This document shows positions 11,391-20,732 of a stretch of 64,000 nt of DNA, piece after piece (the stretch's first letter is position 1; the number at the start of each line of letters is the position of its first letter). The stretch is from an uncultured Planctomycetaceae bacterium. Lineage in GTDB: Bacteria; Planctomycetota; Planctomycetia; Planctomycetales; Planctomycetaceae. The position numbers and the translations under genes were made by a program. The stretch covers positions 256,001 to 320,000 of the forward strand of contig CAWFGE010000020.1 in assembly GCA_963815195.1 (NCBI GenBank). The letters are read 5' to 3'. The notes under the pieces were generated by a model. The model made no database searches. It was not told the DNA's origin and saw only the letters and a program-made list of their open reading frames with translations.

Positions 11391-13247
11391 ATGAGACATC
11401 GGCTGGCCGTGATTTTGCCGACTTTCCTGGCAATCTACGTCGCCTGCTATTATACGGCATTCCTGCTCCGATGCGACTTTATCATCCCGCCGGAGGTGAT
11501 GGAATGGTTTTGGACCAGTTTGCCGGTCGTTATTGCGCTCAAGTTCTTGGTGTGCATGGCGACGGGTGAATGGCGGCGGACGTTCCGCTATGCCGCGCTC
11601 CCGGACATGCAATGGGTGGTCATCGGGGCGACGATCTCGGCGGCGGCGATTTATCTGGCGAACATCCTCGTTTTCCCCGCCCTCCTGCATGCGATTCCGC
11701 GGTCGGTGATCGTCATCGATTGGGTGTTCTCCATTGCGCTTTCGGGGCTGTTGCGGATGGGCTGCCGGCTTTACACCGAAAGCCTGCGGCCGATGTTTCT
11801 CAGGCAGGCGAAGAATCCCACGCTGATTTACGGAACCGGACCGGAGGGGATTGGAATTCTCCGCGCGATCCAGGCCGGCGAGATGGGCTTTCAGGTCGTG
11901 GGACTCGTCGGCGACGGTCCGCGAAAACAGCGGGCCATGATCGCCGGCGTGGAGATGTTCTCCACACGCATCGGCTGGACTCGGCTCGCGAACAAGACCG
12001 GGGCGAAGCACATCCTCGTCCCCGGATCGACGCCCGGCAAGGCGATTCGCGACATCACCTCCCACTGCGGCGAGTTGGGGGTGAAAGTCCACGTGATCCC
12101 GGCCGTTCAGGAAATCATCGACGGCCGGTACAAACTGGCGATTCGCGATGTAGACATCGCCGACTTGCTCCGCCGGGAGCCGGCCCAACTCGATATGGGC
12201 AGCATTCGCGAATACGTGACGGGCCGGCGAGTGCTGGTGACGGGCGCCGCCGGCAGCATCGGCTCGGAACTCTGCCGGCAGATTCTCACCTTCTCGCCCG
12301 CGGCGGTGGTGCTCGTGGATCAGTCGGAGTTCGGCATTTTTCAGATGGAACGCGAACTGGCGGGCCGCTCGGACATTTCGGCGAAACTCCATTTGGAAAT
12401 CGCCGACGTGACCGACCCCATCTCCATCGGGCGGATTTTTGCAGAACACCGGCCGCAGTTGGTGTTTCACGCGGCGGCCTACAAGCACGTCCCGCTGATG
12501 GAAAAAAACCCTCGCGAAGCCGTGCGGAACAACATCGGCGGCACGCGGACAGTGGTGGACGTGGCGGCGGTTTCCGGCGTGGAGCGGTTTGTGCTGATTT
12601 CGACCGACAAAGCCGTGTGCCCGACCAGCGTGATGGGAGCGACCAAGCTCATCGCGGAAAAGTACGTCCAATGGACCTCCACCACGGCCGACACCCAGAT
12701 GGTGACGGTGCGGTTTGGGAACGTGCTCAATTCGGCCGGTTCCGTCGTGCCCACGTTTCGGCGGCAAATCGCCCAGGGCGGTCCGGTCACGGTGACGCAT
12801 CCCGAAATGACGCGGTTTTTCATGACGATTCCCGAAGCCGTGCAACTCGTGCTGCAAGCTGGCGCGGTGGGCGGTTCGGGCGATGTGCTGATTCTGGAAA
12901 TGGGCGAGCCGGTGAAGATCGTCGATCTCGCCAAAGACATGATCGCGCTCTCCGGGCTGAAGTACAAAGAAGACATCGACATTGTCTTCACCGGCATGCG
13001 GCCCGGCGAAAAGCTCTACGAGGAACTGTTCTACCCGGAAGAAGAAGGCACGAAGAAGGTGCACGATAAAATCTTCCGCTCAAGCCGGGACGTGCTGCCC
13101 CTGCCTCAGATCAAAGCCGACGTGAGCCGCCTGGAGGCGGCCGTCAAAGATCCGCAGGCGGACGTGGGCGCGCTGCTTCGCGAAATCGTGGCCGGCCACA
13201 CGTCGGCCGTGGACGTCCCGCCCGTTCGCATGCGCGCGGCGGCCTAA
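11391..13247 (+). CDS. CapD/PglF-like nucleoside-diphosphate sugar dehydratase (polysaccharide biosynthesis)
   Basis: N-terminal TM helices, TGAAGSIGSEL, HAAAYKHVP, ISTDKAV, RFGNVL and GMRPGEKLYEEL. Confidence 0.95.
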   Translation: MRHRLAVILPTFLAIYVACYYTAFLLRCDFIIPPEVMEWFWTSLPVVIALKFLVCMATGEWRRTFRYAALPDMQWVVIGATISAAAIYLANILVFPALLHAIPRSVIVIDWVFSIALSGLLRMGCRLYTESLRPMFLRQAKNPTLIYGTGPEGIGILRAIQAGEMGFQVVGLVGDGPRKQRAMIAGVEMFSTRIGWTRLANKTGAKHILVPGSTPGKAIRDITSHCGELGVKVHVIPAVQEIIDGRYKLAIRDVDIADLLRREPAQLDMGSIREYVTGRRVLVTGAAGSIGSELCRQILTFSPAAVVLVDQSEFGIFQMERELAGRSDISAKLHLEIADVTDPISIGRIFAEHRPQLVFHAAAYKHVPLMEKNPREAVRNNIGGTRTVVDVAAVSGVERFVLISTDKAVCPTSVMGATKLIAEKYVQWTSTTADTQMVTVRFGNVLNSAGSVVPTFRRQIAQGGPVTVTHPEMTRFFMTIPEAVQLVLQAGAVGGSGDVLILEMGEPVKIVDLAKDMIALSGLKYKEDIDIVFTGMRPGEKLYEELFYPEEEGTKKVHDKIFRSSRDVLPLPQIKADVSRLEAAVKDPQADVGALLREIVAGHTSAVDVPPVRMRAAA

Positions 13248-13418
13248 GCTTGGAACGTGTTCGATAATCTGAGCGGTAGGCGCTCGCCTCCGGCGAACGA
13301 CCGATTTGCGGAATTTCCCAAGAAATCATGGAAACCGCACGGGGATCGTGGCATAAAGGGAATTGAGGCCGAGTCGCGGTTTGCGATTCGCTTTCTCCTC
13401 CACCGCGGGATCCTTGCC

Positions 13419-14597
13419 ATGTCTCACCGGGCCTTCATCAGTTATGCCAGCCAAAATCGGTCTTACGCCGACGAGATTTACAGCGGCTTAAAAACCGCGG
13501 GCCTGTCGTGCTGGATGGCTCCGCACGACATCGCCCCCGCGGAATCCTGGCTCAAGGCGATCACGCAAGGCGTTCAAGATTGCGATGTGCTGGTGCTGCT
13601 TTTGTGCGCGCATGCCAATTCGTCGAAGTTTGTGCTCCGGGAAGTCGCGCGGGCGGTGCATTACGACAAAAAAATCCTGACCGTGCGGCTCGAAGACCTG
13701 GCCCCTTGCGAGGAGTTGTCCTTTCTGATCTCGCTCGAACAATGGCTGGAGGCGTCTTCGCATCCGCTCGATGTGGTTGTGGCCCGGATTATCCAAACCG
13801 TCGAATCGCTCGCCAAAGCGGCGGGGCCGGACAACTCATCCACCGCCCCCGACCCGTTGGATGCGATGCCCCTTGAGGATTTGATCGAGGAAGGCCTCGA
13901 ATTGGTCGCGGAGGAAATTGGCAAACTGGCGGCGTCCGAAACGCCCGCGACGCCGCGCGACCTGGGCCTGGTGTTGGACACCGCGATTTTTTACGGTGCC
14001 CCCGCCTACAACCGCGGAGCGATCGCGGGCTGCGTCCGGATTTACCTCACGATGGCCCAAGCCTTGGTGGAAGCGGTGGAGTTTGCGTCCGTTGCCGGCA
14101 ACGCTCCGTGGCAGGCCCCGTTCCAGAGGTTCGCCGAGCAGCTCGAGAACCTCCTGGCCGACCATCCCCCGACGGAAGGCCCGGCTGCGGACGAATTGGC
14201 TTGGGCGCTGCGGCATGTTTTCGACCGGTTTCATGCCGCCCGCGGCATTCAAGCCGTCGACGATTTAATCCGCGAGTTGGAGAAAACGGGACGGCCCGTG
14301 ATGCGGGACCTGGCGGCGTGGCCTCTTTTGGTGGCGATTAAGCACGGGAACATTGTCTTTCAAGCGAACGACCTCCAAGGCTGTGCGGAACTTCATCACT
14401 TCACCGGCCGCCGGGTGTGCGAACTGATGGACTCGCTGCCCGCCGCCTCTCCGCCCGATCCCCAAGTGCTGGCTCTTCGCCAAAGTCTCGAAGCCATTTT
14501 GAGGGAGCATCCCCAAGCGGACGCCGGCTCCAGCAGCGAACTGGCATGGGAGCTTTACGGGACATTTCTTGAAATGCTGCAATCCCGCGACGGATAG
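13419..14597 (+). CDS. TIR-domain protein with two copies of an uncharacterised helical domain
   Basis: TIR motifs AFISYAS, WMAPHDI and SKFVLREV, then repeats AIFYGAPAYNRGAIAGC...ELAWAL and AIKHGNIVFQANDLQGC...ELAWEL. Confidence 0.85.
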   Translation: MSHRAFISYASQNRSYADEIYSGLKTAGLSCWMAPHDIAPAESWLKAITQGVQDCDVLVLLLCAHANSSKFVLREVARAVHYDKKILTVRLEDLAPCEELSFLISLEQWLEASSHPLDVVVARIIQTVESLAKAAGPDNSSTAPDPLDAMPLEDLIEEGLELVAEEIGKLAASETPATPRDLGLVLDTAIFYGAPAYNRGAIAGCVRIYLTMAQALVEAVEFASVAGNAPWQAPFQRFAEQLENLLADHPPTEGPAADELAWALRHVFDRFHAARGIQAVDDLIRELEKTGRPVMRDLAAWPLLVAIKHGNIVFQANDLQGCAELHHFTGRRVCELMDSLPAASPPDPQVLALRQSLEAILREHPQADAGSSSELAWELYGTFLEMLQSRDG

Positions 14598-14809
14598 GCG
14601 CGGGAAATTTCTGCCGAAAACCCATGTTTTCGTGAAAAACCCATCGCAATCCCCCGCTTCCGGATACAATATCGTATTGGAATGATCAAGGAGCGCGGCG
14701 TCTTTCGGGAGGTTGCCATTATCGTGGGCCGCGGTTTTTCCGCCCTCCGCCGCGCGACGATCGACTTGACGGGACATGCCAGGGATTCGGCTCAGCCGGA
14801 GGATCAGCT

Positions 14810-16099
14810 ATGCCGTCCGTCCTCGTGGTCGAAGACAGCCGCACACAATCGACGCAAATCCGCTTGATGCTCAAGCACGCCGAGTTTGAAGTTTATCTCG
14901 CCGAGAACGGCCGCGAAGCCTTGGACGTTCTCAAAACCCACACGCCGGACGTGGTGCTCACCGATCTGCAGATGCCGGAGATGGACGGCCTCGAACTGGT
15001 CCAGGTGCTCCGCGAAAAATACCCCCAGCTGCCCGTGGTCTTGATGACGCAGCACGGCAGCGAGGAAATCGCTTTGGACGCCCTCCGCGGCGGCGCGGCG
15101 AGTTATCTCCCCAAAAACCAGCTCCACCATTTCCTGGTCGCGACGCTCGACGACATCTTGGAGTCGGCCCGGCTGGCCCACCGGCAGGAGCGGATTCAGA
15201 AATGCCGGTTCCGCACGGAAATCCAATACCGGCTGCCCAACGATCCCTCCCTGATGGCCCCGTTGTCCGTCCAGGTGGAGCAGGAACTGGACGACCTGAA
15301 TTTCGCCAATCCCACGACCCGCCGGCAAATTGGCGTCGCCTTGCGGAAGGCACTCGACAATGCGATTTATCACGGCAACCTCGAACTGAAAGTCGAAGAG
15401 CGGGCCGAGGGCGAACTGGTCTATCGGAATCTCGCCGAGGAGCGCCGCCAGAAACCGCCGTGGTGCAACCGGAGCGTGTGGGTCACGGTGACGATCGACG
15501 AAGCCGGGGCCTCGCTCACCGTGCGGGATGAAGGGCCGGGGTTCGATGCCGCCGCGATGCCCGGTTCCAACGGCTCCGCGAATCTCGATGTGCTCCGCGG
15601 CAGCGGGCTGTTATTGATTCGCACCTTCATGGACGAGGTGAGGCACAACGCCCTCGGCAACGAAATCACGATGATCAAACGCCCCCCCGCCGCGGGCGAA
15701 CCCGACTCGCCCGCCGTGTGCCGCCCGGCCGCTGAGAGGCCTCGGCTGTTCAAACTGGAGCCCTTGGAAGACACGCTGGTCATCACGCCGCAGTCCGAGA
15801 AAATCGGCTTCGCGGAATTGGGCATGCCCCACGAGTTGGACGGCATCTTCGAATGGATCCGTCATCCGGAAATCCTGCACGTCCTCGTGGACTTTTCGCA
15901 GATCGATTACTTCTCCTCCTCGGTGCTCGAAGCCCTCCGCACGATCTGGCTCGCCGTGAAAGACAAGCACGGCCGGATGGCGCTCTGCTCGCTCTCGCCC
16001 GCCGGCCGGGAGATCCTGCAACTCTCCCGCTTCGATACCCTCTGGCCCAGCTACCCCGACCGCACCGAAGCGCTATTGGCATTGCATCATCCGGAGTAG
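14810..16099 (+). CDS. REC + anti-sigma-type HATPase + STAS fusion protein
   Basis: REC (VVEDS, LTDLQMPEMDG), HATPase (NAIYHGN, RDEGPGFD) and STAS (VDFSQIDYFSSS). Confidence 0.88.
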   Translation: MPSVLVVEDSRTQSTQIRLMLKHAEFEVYLAENGREALDVLKTHTPDVVLTDLQMPEMDGLELVQVLREKYPQLPVVLMTQHGSEEIALDALRGGAASYLPKNQLHHFLVATLDDILESARLAHRQERIQKCRFRTEIQYRLPNDPSLMAPLSVQVEQELDDLNFANPTTRRQIGVALRKALDNAIYHGNLELKVEERAEGELVYRNLAEERRQKPPWCNRSVWVTVTIDEAGASLTVRDEGPGFDAAAMPGSNGSANLDVLRGSGLLLIRTFMDEVRHNALGNEITMIKRPPAAGEPDSPAVCRPAAERPRLFKLEPLEDTLVITPQSEKIGFAELGMPHELDGIFEWIRHPEILHVLVDFSQIDYFSSSVLEALRTIWLAVKDKHGRMALCSLSPAGREILQLSRFDTLWPSYPDRTEALLALHHPE

Positions 16100-16120
16100 G
16101 GCGTCTGGTGACCGGATTTC

Positions 16121-16424
16121 GTGAGCGGCACGGCGCTAGCCGCCGGCCTTTTAATATCCAAATTTGCGTCGAAAGGCCGGGGGCTAGATGTCGAGCCGCT
16201 CGTTCGCAGCACGCCATTCGACCAAACGCGGCGCCAACAAAAACGCGGGCGAGTCTGGTTCAGCCCTCGCCCCAAAACTTACGAAAAAATCCTCTACCCG
16301 CCTCGCCCCTACAAACGACAGGCGGCTTAACTGAGGAAGGATTTACGAAACTGACATCTAGCCGCCGGCCTTTTAATATCCAAATTTGCGTCGAAAGGCC
16401 GGGGGCTAGCGCCCTTCCGCTCAC
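16121..16424. repeat. Family B REP doublet interrupted by an insertion; 52-bp direct repeat at 16136-16187 and 16358-16409
   Basis: Arms gtgagcggcacggcgctagccgccggccttt and aaaggccgggggctagcgcccttccgctcac. The core is exactly duplicated. Confidence 0.9.
16188..16357 (+). mobile_element. 170-bp miniature IS derivative (transposase C-terminus plus right end), possibly IS630-like
   Basis: Bounded by CTAG-ATGTC ... GACAT-CTAG. Encodes ...YPPRPYKRQAA* followed by an IS-end-like GATTTACGAAACTGACATCTAG. Confidence 0.55.
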
Positions 16425-16577
16425 ATTTTGCGGTTCGCGCAACTTCAAAACTCGCGCTTCGGGCTAATGAATAACGCGGAATTGCGGTCTGTCCACAAAT
16501 GCTGTATCGTTGATGGGTAAGACGGACGATACAACGAGAGAGACAGCAATCTGCAAAATCAATCGGGAGCATTTGCG

Positions 16578-17954
16578 GTGGGAAGACATTCCGCTTTAAA
16601 GGGTTGTGCCGATTTTCGCCGGAGTTTGCGCGGGCTGGACCGGCGGGCGTTTTTGCAAGTCGGCAGCCTCGGACTTTCGGGTTTGACCCTGGGGAACCTG
16701 CTGCGGGCGGAATCGGAAACTCCACAACCGAACCGCGAGAAATCCGTCATCATTTTGTGGATGCGCGGCGGACCGAGCCAGCATGAGACCTGGGATCCCA
16801 AGCCACTGGCTCCGGCGGATTACCGCGGCGTGTTCGGGGCGGCTTCGACCAACGTGCCCGGGATTCAAATTTGCGATCTCTTGCCCCAGTGCGGCCGGAT
16901 TCAGGACAAGTGGTCGATCATCCGCAGCCTGAACCACACCGATGCCGGGCACTCGGCGGGCGATCAACTGTGCTTCACCGGCTACCCCAACGAAGGCAGC
17001 CCCGATCAAAACACCAAGCCCAGTTGCGGGGCGATTGTCGCCAAGCAACTCCAGCACGAAAATCCTAATCTGCCGGCGTATGTGATGATCCCCCGGCAAG
17101 TGCCCGGCACCGATTCCGCCTATTTGGGACCAGGCTGCCAGCCGTTTGAAACCCAGGCCGACCCCGCGAACGACGGGCCGTTCAATGTGCCCAACTTGTC
17201 CTGGCCGTCCGGTTTGTCCGTGGGCCGGGTGGATGACCGCAAAGGCCTGCTCAAGCAGTTGGACACGCTCCGCAAAACCGCCGATTACTCCCGGCAGATG
17301 GAAGCCGTCGATACATTTCAGCAGCAAGCCTGGGAGATGGTGACCAGCGACCGGGCCCGCGAAGCATTCAACCTGGATGCCGAGCCGAAGTCCGTCCGCG
17401 AACGTTACGGCTTCATGCCCGCTTACATCGCCCCCACGCCGGACCGTTGTGGCGTGCCCGCGTGGAGCCAGCGTTTGCTTCTCGCCCGTCGGCTGGTCGA
17501 AGCCGGCGTGCGGTTGGTCACCGTCGATTGCCGATGGTGGGACACGCACGTCAAAGGCTACGAAACGATGCGCGACGGCTTCCTGCCGCGCTGGGACCAG
17601 GCGTATTCCGCCTTGATTGAAGACCTCGATCAGCGGGGGCTGTTGGAATCCACCTTCGTCCTGGCCTGGGGCGAGTTCGGCCGGACGCCCAAGGTCAACA
17701 AGACCGGCGGCCGCGATCATTATCCCAACGTATTCAGCGCCGCCATCGCGGGCGGAGGCGTAAAAGGCGGCCGGGTTGTCGGGGCGTCTGATTCCAAAGG
17801 GGCCTTGCCTCTCGAGAACCCCAAATCCCCACAGGACGTACTCGCGACGCTGTACCGGCACCTGGGCATCGACACCCACGCCCACTACCCCGACCACAGC
17901 GGCCGCCCGATCGCGGTGCTGCCTTCGGGGAACGTGATTCAGGAATTGCTGTAA
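16578..17954 (+). CDS. DUF1501 domain protein (planctomycete family)
   Basis: RRAFL motif, GGPSQHETWDPKP, LLARRLVEAGVR, WDTH and GEFGRTP. Confidence 0.93.
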   Translation: MGRHSALKGCADFRRSLRGLDRRAFLQVGSLGLSGLTLGNLLRAESETPQPNREKSVIILWMRGGPSQHETWDPKPLAPADYRGVFGAASTNVPGIQICDLLPQCGRIQDKWSIIRSLNHTDAGHSAGDQLCFTGYPNEGSPDQNTKPSCGAIVAKQLQHENPNLPAYVMIPRQVPGTDSAYLGPGCQPFETQADPANDGPFNVPNLSWPSGLSVGRVDDRKGLLKQLDTLRKTADYSRQMEAVDTFQQQAWEMVTSDRAREAFNLDAEPKSVRERYGFMPAYIAPTPDRCGVPAWSQRLLLARRLVEAGVRLVTVDCRWWDTHVKGYETMRDGFLPRWDQAYSALIEDLDQRGLLESTFVLAWGEFGRTPKVNKTGGRDHYPNVFSAAIAGGGVKGGRVVGASDSKGALPLENPKSPQDVLATLYRHLGIDTHAHYPDHSGRPIAVLPSGNVIQELL

Positions 17955-17993
17955 CACTGCCACGCTTCATCGAAACCGCGAAGGGAGATTGCC

Positions 17994-18461
17994 ATGCGTC
18001 TATTGCCCGTTTTGATTGTCGCTGTCCTTTCCAGTCTCCCGCAGGCTCGCGCGGCGGAGCCTGTTTCGCAGGAGGCCCGGTCTCTGCAAGGATTCTGGTT
18101 CGGCACCGGGAGCGTGCGGCAGTTTGTGCTGTTGATCGAGGGCGAGAAGTTCATCGTGACCAACCGCTTGGGTGCGCAGGTCTCCACGTTTTCCGTCGAT
18201 CCGGGCACAGACCTTCCCGCGATCGATGTCGTGCGGGATGATGGGAAAACCCAAAAGGGCGTCTATCAATTCGATGGCGACGTCCTGGAATTGACATTGG
18301 CCGACCCGGGTTTGGAACGGCCGGCGGGAAAGACCGTCCGCTCGGCCAGCGGCCTCCGGCGGGTTTACTATCGCTTTGTTCGCCAACCGTCGCCCGAATC
18401 GCTGGAGACGCTCCAAAAGAAATTCCCCAAGGAAGTGGCCGGCGGCTCGGTGCAACCGTAA
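17994..18461 (+). CDS. Secreted TIGR03067-like planctomycete protein
   Basis: Signal peptide, 'LQGFW' and 'KGVYQFDGDVLELTLA...ERP'. Confidence 0.75.
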   Translation: MRLLPVLIVAVLSSLPQARAAEPVSQEARSLQGFWFGTGSVRQFVLLIEGEKFIVTNRLGAQVSTFSVDPGTDLPAIDVVRDDGKTQKGVYQFDGDVLELTLADPGLERPAGKTVRSASGLRRVYYRFVRQPSPESLETLQKKFPKEVAGGSVQP

Positions 18462-18488
18462 AACGGGGCTTCCCTTCCGGGCCGGGGC

Positions 18489-18505
18489 TTGGCAAACTGG
18501 ATGCA
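18489..18505 (+). promoter_or_regulatory. Possible sigma-54 (-24/-12) promoter of the usp gene
   Basis: TTGGCAAACTGGATGCA has GG-N10-GC spacing about 40 bp upstream of the ATG. Confidence 0.4.
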
Positions 18506-18542
18506 CCCGGAAACATCCGCCCGCTTTGCCTGGAGAGACGCC

Positions 18543-19001
18543 ATGATTGAGCTGAAGCGAATCCTGTTGGCGACGGACTTGAGCGATTATGCGAACTGCG
18601 CCACGAACTACGCCTGCGAACTGGCCGACCGGTTCGGCGCGGAACTGCACGTGCTCTACGTGTTCAATGAACTTCTGCCGAGCGCGGATTGGTCGTATCC
18701 GCAATTGAACGAGCACGTCCAAGCCTTCGAGCGCCAGCAGGCGGAGGCGTTGACGAAGGTCATTCCCGCCGATTGGCAGGCGTCGCATCCAGTGGTGCAT
18801 GCGACCGCCCAAGGGAGTGCCGAAGCCGAGGTCATCCGCTACGCGAAAGGGCACGGCATCGATTTGATCGTCGTCGCCACGCATGGCCGGACGGGATTGC
18901 CGCACTTGTTGATCGGCAGCACGGCGGAACGCATCGTCCGCCTGTCTCCCTGCCCGGTGCTGACCGTCCGCCCGGAAGGCCATCAATTCGTGCTGCCTTG
19001 A
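18543..19001 (+). CDS. Universal stress protein (UspA family)
   Basis: RILLATDLS, DLIVVATHGRTG and LIGSTAERIVRLSPCPVLTVR. Confidence 0.95.
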   Translation: MIELKRILLATDLSDYANCATNYACELADRFGAELHVLYVFNELLPSADWSYPQLNEHVQAFERQQAEALTKVIPADWQASHPVVHATAQGSAEAEVIRYAKGHGIDLIVVATHGRTGLPHLLIGSTAERIVRLSPCPVLTVRPEGHQFVLP

Positions 19002-19005
19002 ATTT

Positions 19006-19284
19006 CAGACGTTCCAAATGACGAAAATAGGACCGAAGGTCTGGCTCAATGTCCGCCCAGGGCCGAACGTCCGGAGCGATGTCCGCCCCAGGGCCGAAGG
19101 CCCGTCGCTATGTGAGCCCAGGGCGAAGCCCTGGGAATCGGAACGAACAGAATCCAAAAGCCCCAGCGGGGCGGCCCTAAACCGGAGATGCAGGTGGCTC
19201 AATTCACGGACACGAACCAAATAGGGCCGCCCCGTTGAGGCTTGCAAGAGTTACACCATCGTCACACGAGATTTGGAACGTCTG
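19006..19284. repeat. Composite repeat element: 14-bp terminal inverted repeats enclosing ~30-bp tandem units and family F palindromes
   Basis: cagacgttccaaat (19006-19019) is the exact inverse of 19271-19284. Tandem units start at 19029, 19059 and 19090. 19090-19186 matches 57679-57774. Confidence 0.75.
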
Positions 19285-19344
19285 TATTTCCGACGATTCT
19301 CAGGTGGCACAGACATTCCTGTCTGGTGCCAACTTGATTCGGCG

Positions 19345-20559
19345 TTATGACGCCTTCTGTCCAAGCCAATCGGTGGCCAGGAGCAACGCGATCTGGCAGG
19401 CGCTCAGGTAGTTCTCGATGTCGAGGGCTTCTTCGACGGTGTGGACGTTCCGCTGGCCGCAGCCCATGGTGACCGTGGGCAGTCCCCGGGCGGAGAGCCA
19501 ATTCGCATCCAGGCCGCCGTTGGAGATCCTGGTCGCCGCCGAGAGCCCCGCCGCGGCGACAGCCGACATCGCCGCCTGGGCGACCGGCTCCTTCTCGGAA
19601 AGCCGAAACGATTCGTATTTCAAATCCGCCTGGAACCTCACGCGGCCGGTTTTGCCTTCGTCGTTTTTGACGGCCTTCGCGGCCCGCTCGAACGCGGCCT
19701 GATATTCCTTGACGATCCGCTCGCGGAACTTAGGATCGTGGCTCCGTGCCTCGGCCCGCAGCGTGAGGCCGGGCGTGACCACGTTGGTCGCTTCGCCGGC
19801 TTCGATGAAACCGATGTTGCTCGTGCCCTTGTTCTTGCCTTTGATAATAAGCCCATGCCAACCGTTCTCCACGAGGTCGGCAATCGCTCGGCCGGCGATC
19901 GCGATGGCGCTCACGCCATGCTCGGGCTGGACGCCGGCGTGGCTGGCGAGGCCTTCGATCTCGACGCGGATCGCATAATCGCCCGTGGCCCCAATTGTCA
20001 CGATCTCCGGAAAACTGCCGTCCCAGTTGAAGCACAACTTCGGCCCGCCTAGCTTCGGCAAACTGACATATCGCGCGCCCAACAGGCCGATTTCCTCCTG
20101 CACGGGCCAAAACAATGTCAGCGGCGGATGCGGCAGGTTCTGCTTGACGATTTCCAAGATCGCCGTCAACACCACGCTCGCCCCCGCGCGGTTGTCCGCT
20201 CCGAGTGCCGTGTGCGGATCCTTGGCGATGATTTCCTCCCCGCGCCGCGTGGGCCGGCTGCCCACGCACAGGGGCACGGTATCGATATGGGCCATCAACA
20301 ACCGCCTCGGCCCGTGGAGCGTGCCTTTCCGCTTGACGATCAGGTTTCCCACTTCGCCGCCCGCCGGACTTTGCTTGGGCGTGTTGTCGGTTTGAATGTC
20401 CGCGGGATCGATGCCCGCGTCCAGAAGCTCCTGGGTAATGAACTCGACGACCTGCTTTTCGTGGCAGCTCTTGCCGGGAATGGCCATCATCTGGGTGACG
20501 CGATCGATCGCGGCTTTCCGCGACACGCTCGGCAACGGCGAAGGAGACGTTTTTGGCAT
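19345..20559 (-). CDS. M20 family metallopeptidase (peptidase T-like)
   Basis: AHIDTV, LGADNRAG, QEEIG, GGLDAN and NVHTVEE. Confidence 0.9.
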   Translation of the reverse strand: MPKTSPSPLPSVSRKAAIDRVTQMMAIPGKSCHEKQVVEFITQELLDAGIDPADIQTDNTPKQSPAGGEVGNLIVKRKGTLHGPRRLLMAHIDTVPLCVGSRPTRRGEEIIAKDPHTALGADNRAGASVVLTAILEIVKQNLPHPPLTLFWPVQEEIGLLGARYVSLPKLGGPKLCFNWDGSFPEIVTIGATGDYAIRVEIEGLASHAGVQPEHGVSAIAIAGRAIADLVENGWHGLIIKGKNKGTSNIGFIEAGEATNVVTPGLTLRAEARSHDPKFRERIVKEYQAAFERAAKAVKNDEGKTGRVRFQADLKYESFRLSEKEPVAQAAMSAVAAAGLSAATRISNGGLDANWLSARGLPTVTMGCGQRNVHTVEEALDIENYLSACQIALLLATDWLGQKAS

Positions 20560-20732
20560 GGGCGTGACCTGAAGGCTTGGAGGGAATAAACTGGCGTCGC
20601 AATGCGATTCGCGGTGGATCATAACGAACTCATACCGGAACCGCACCTAATCATGTTGGAGAAGTTCTACGACGGAAACACGGAGGTCACGGAGAAAGTC
20701 AGTGAAAACAAACCGGTTGAGGCCTTCTTTCC

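Noticed and set aside
19029..19119. ~30-bp tandem units as a CRISPR array
   Set aside because: There are no unique spacers, the units are degenerate and abutting, and no cas genes are present.
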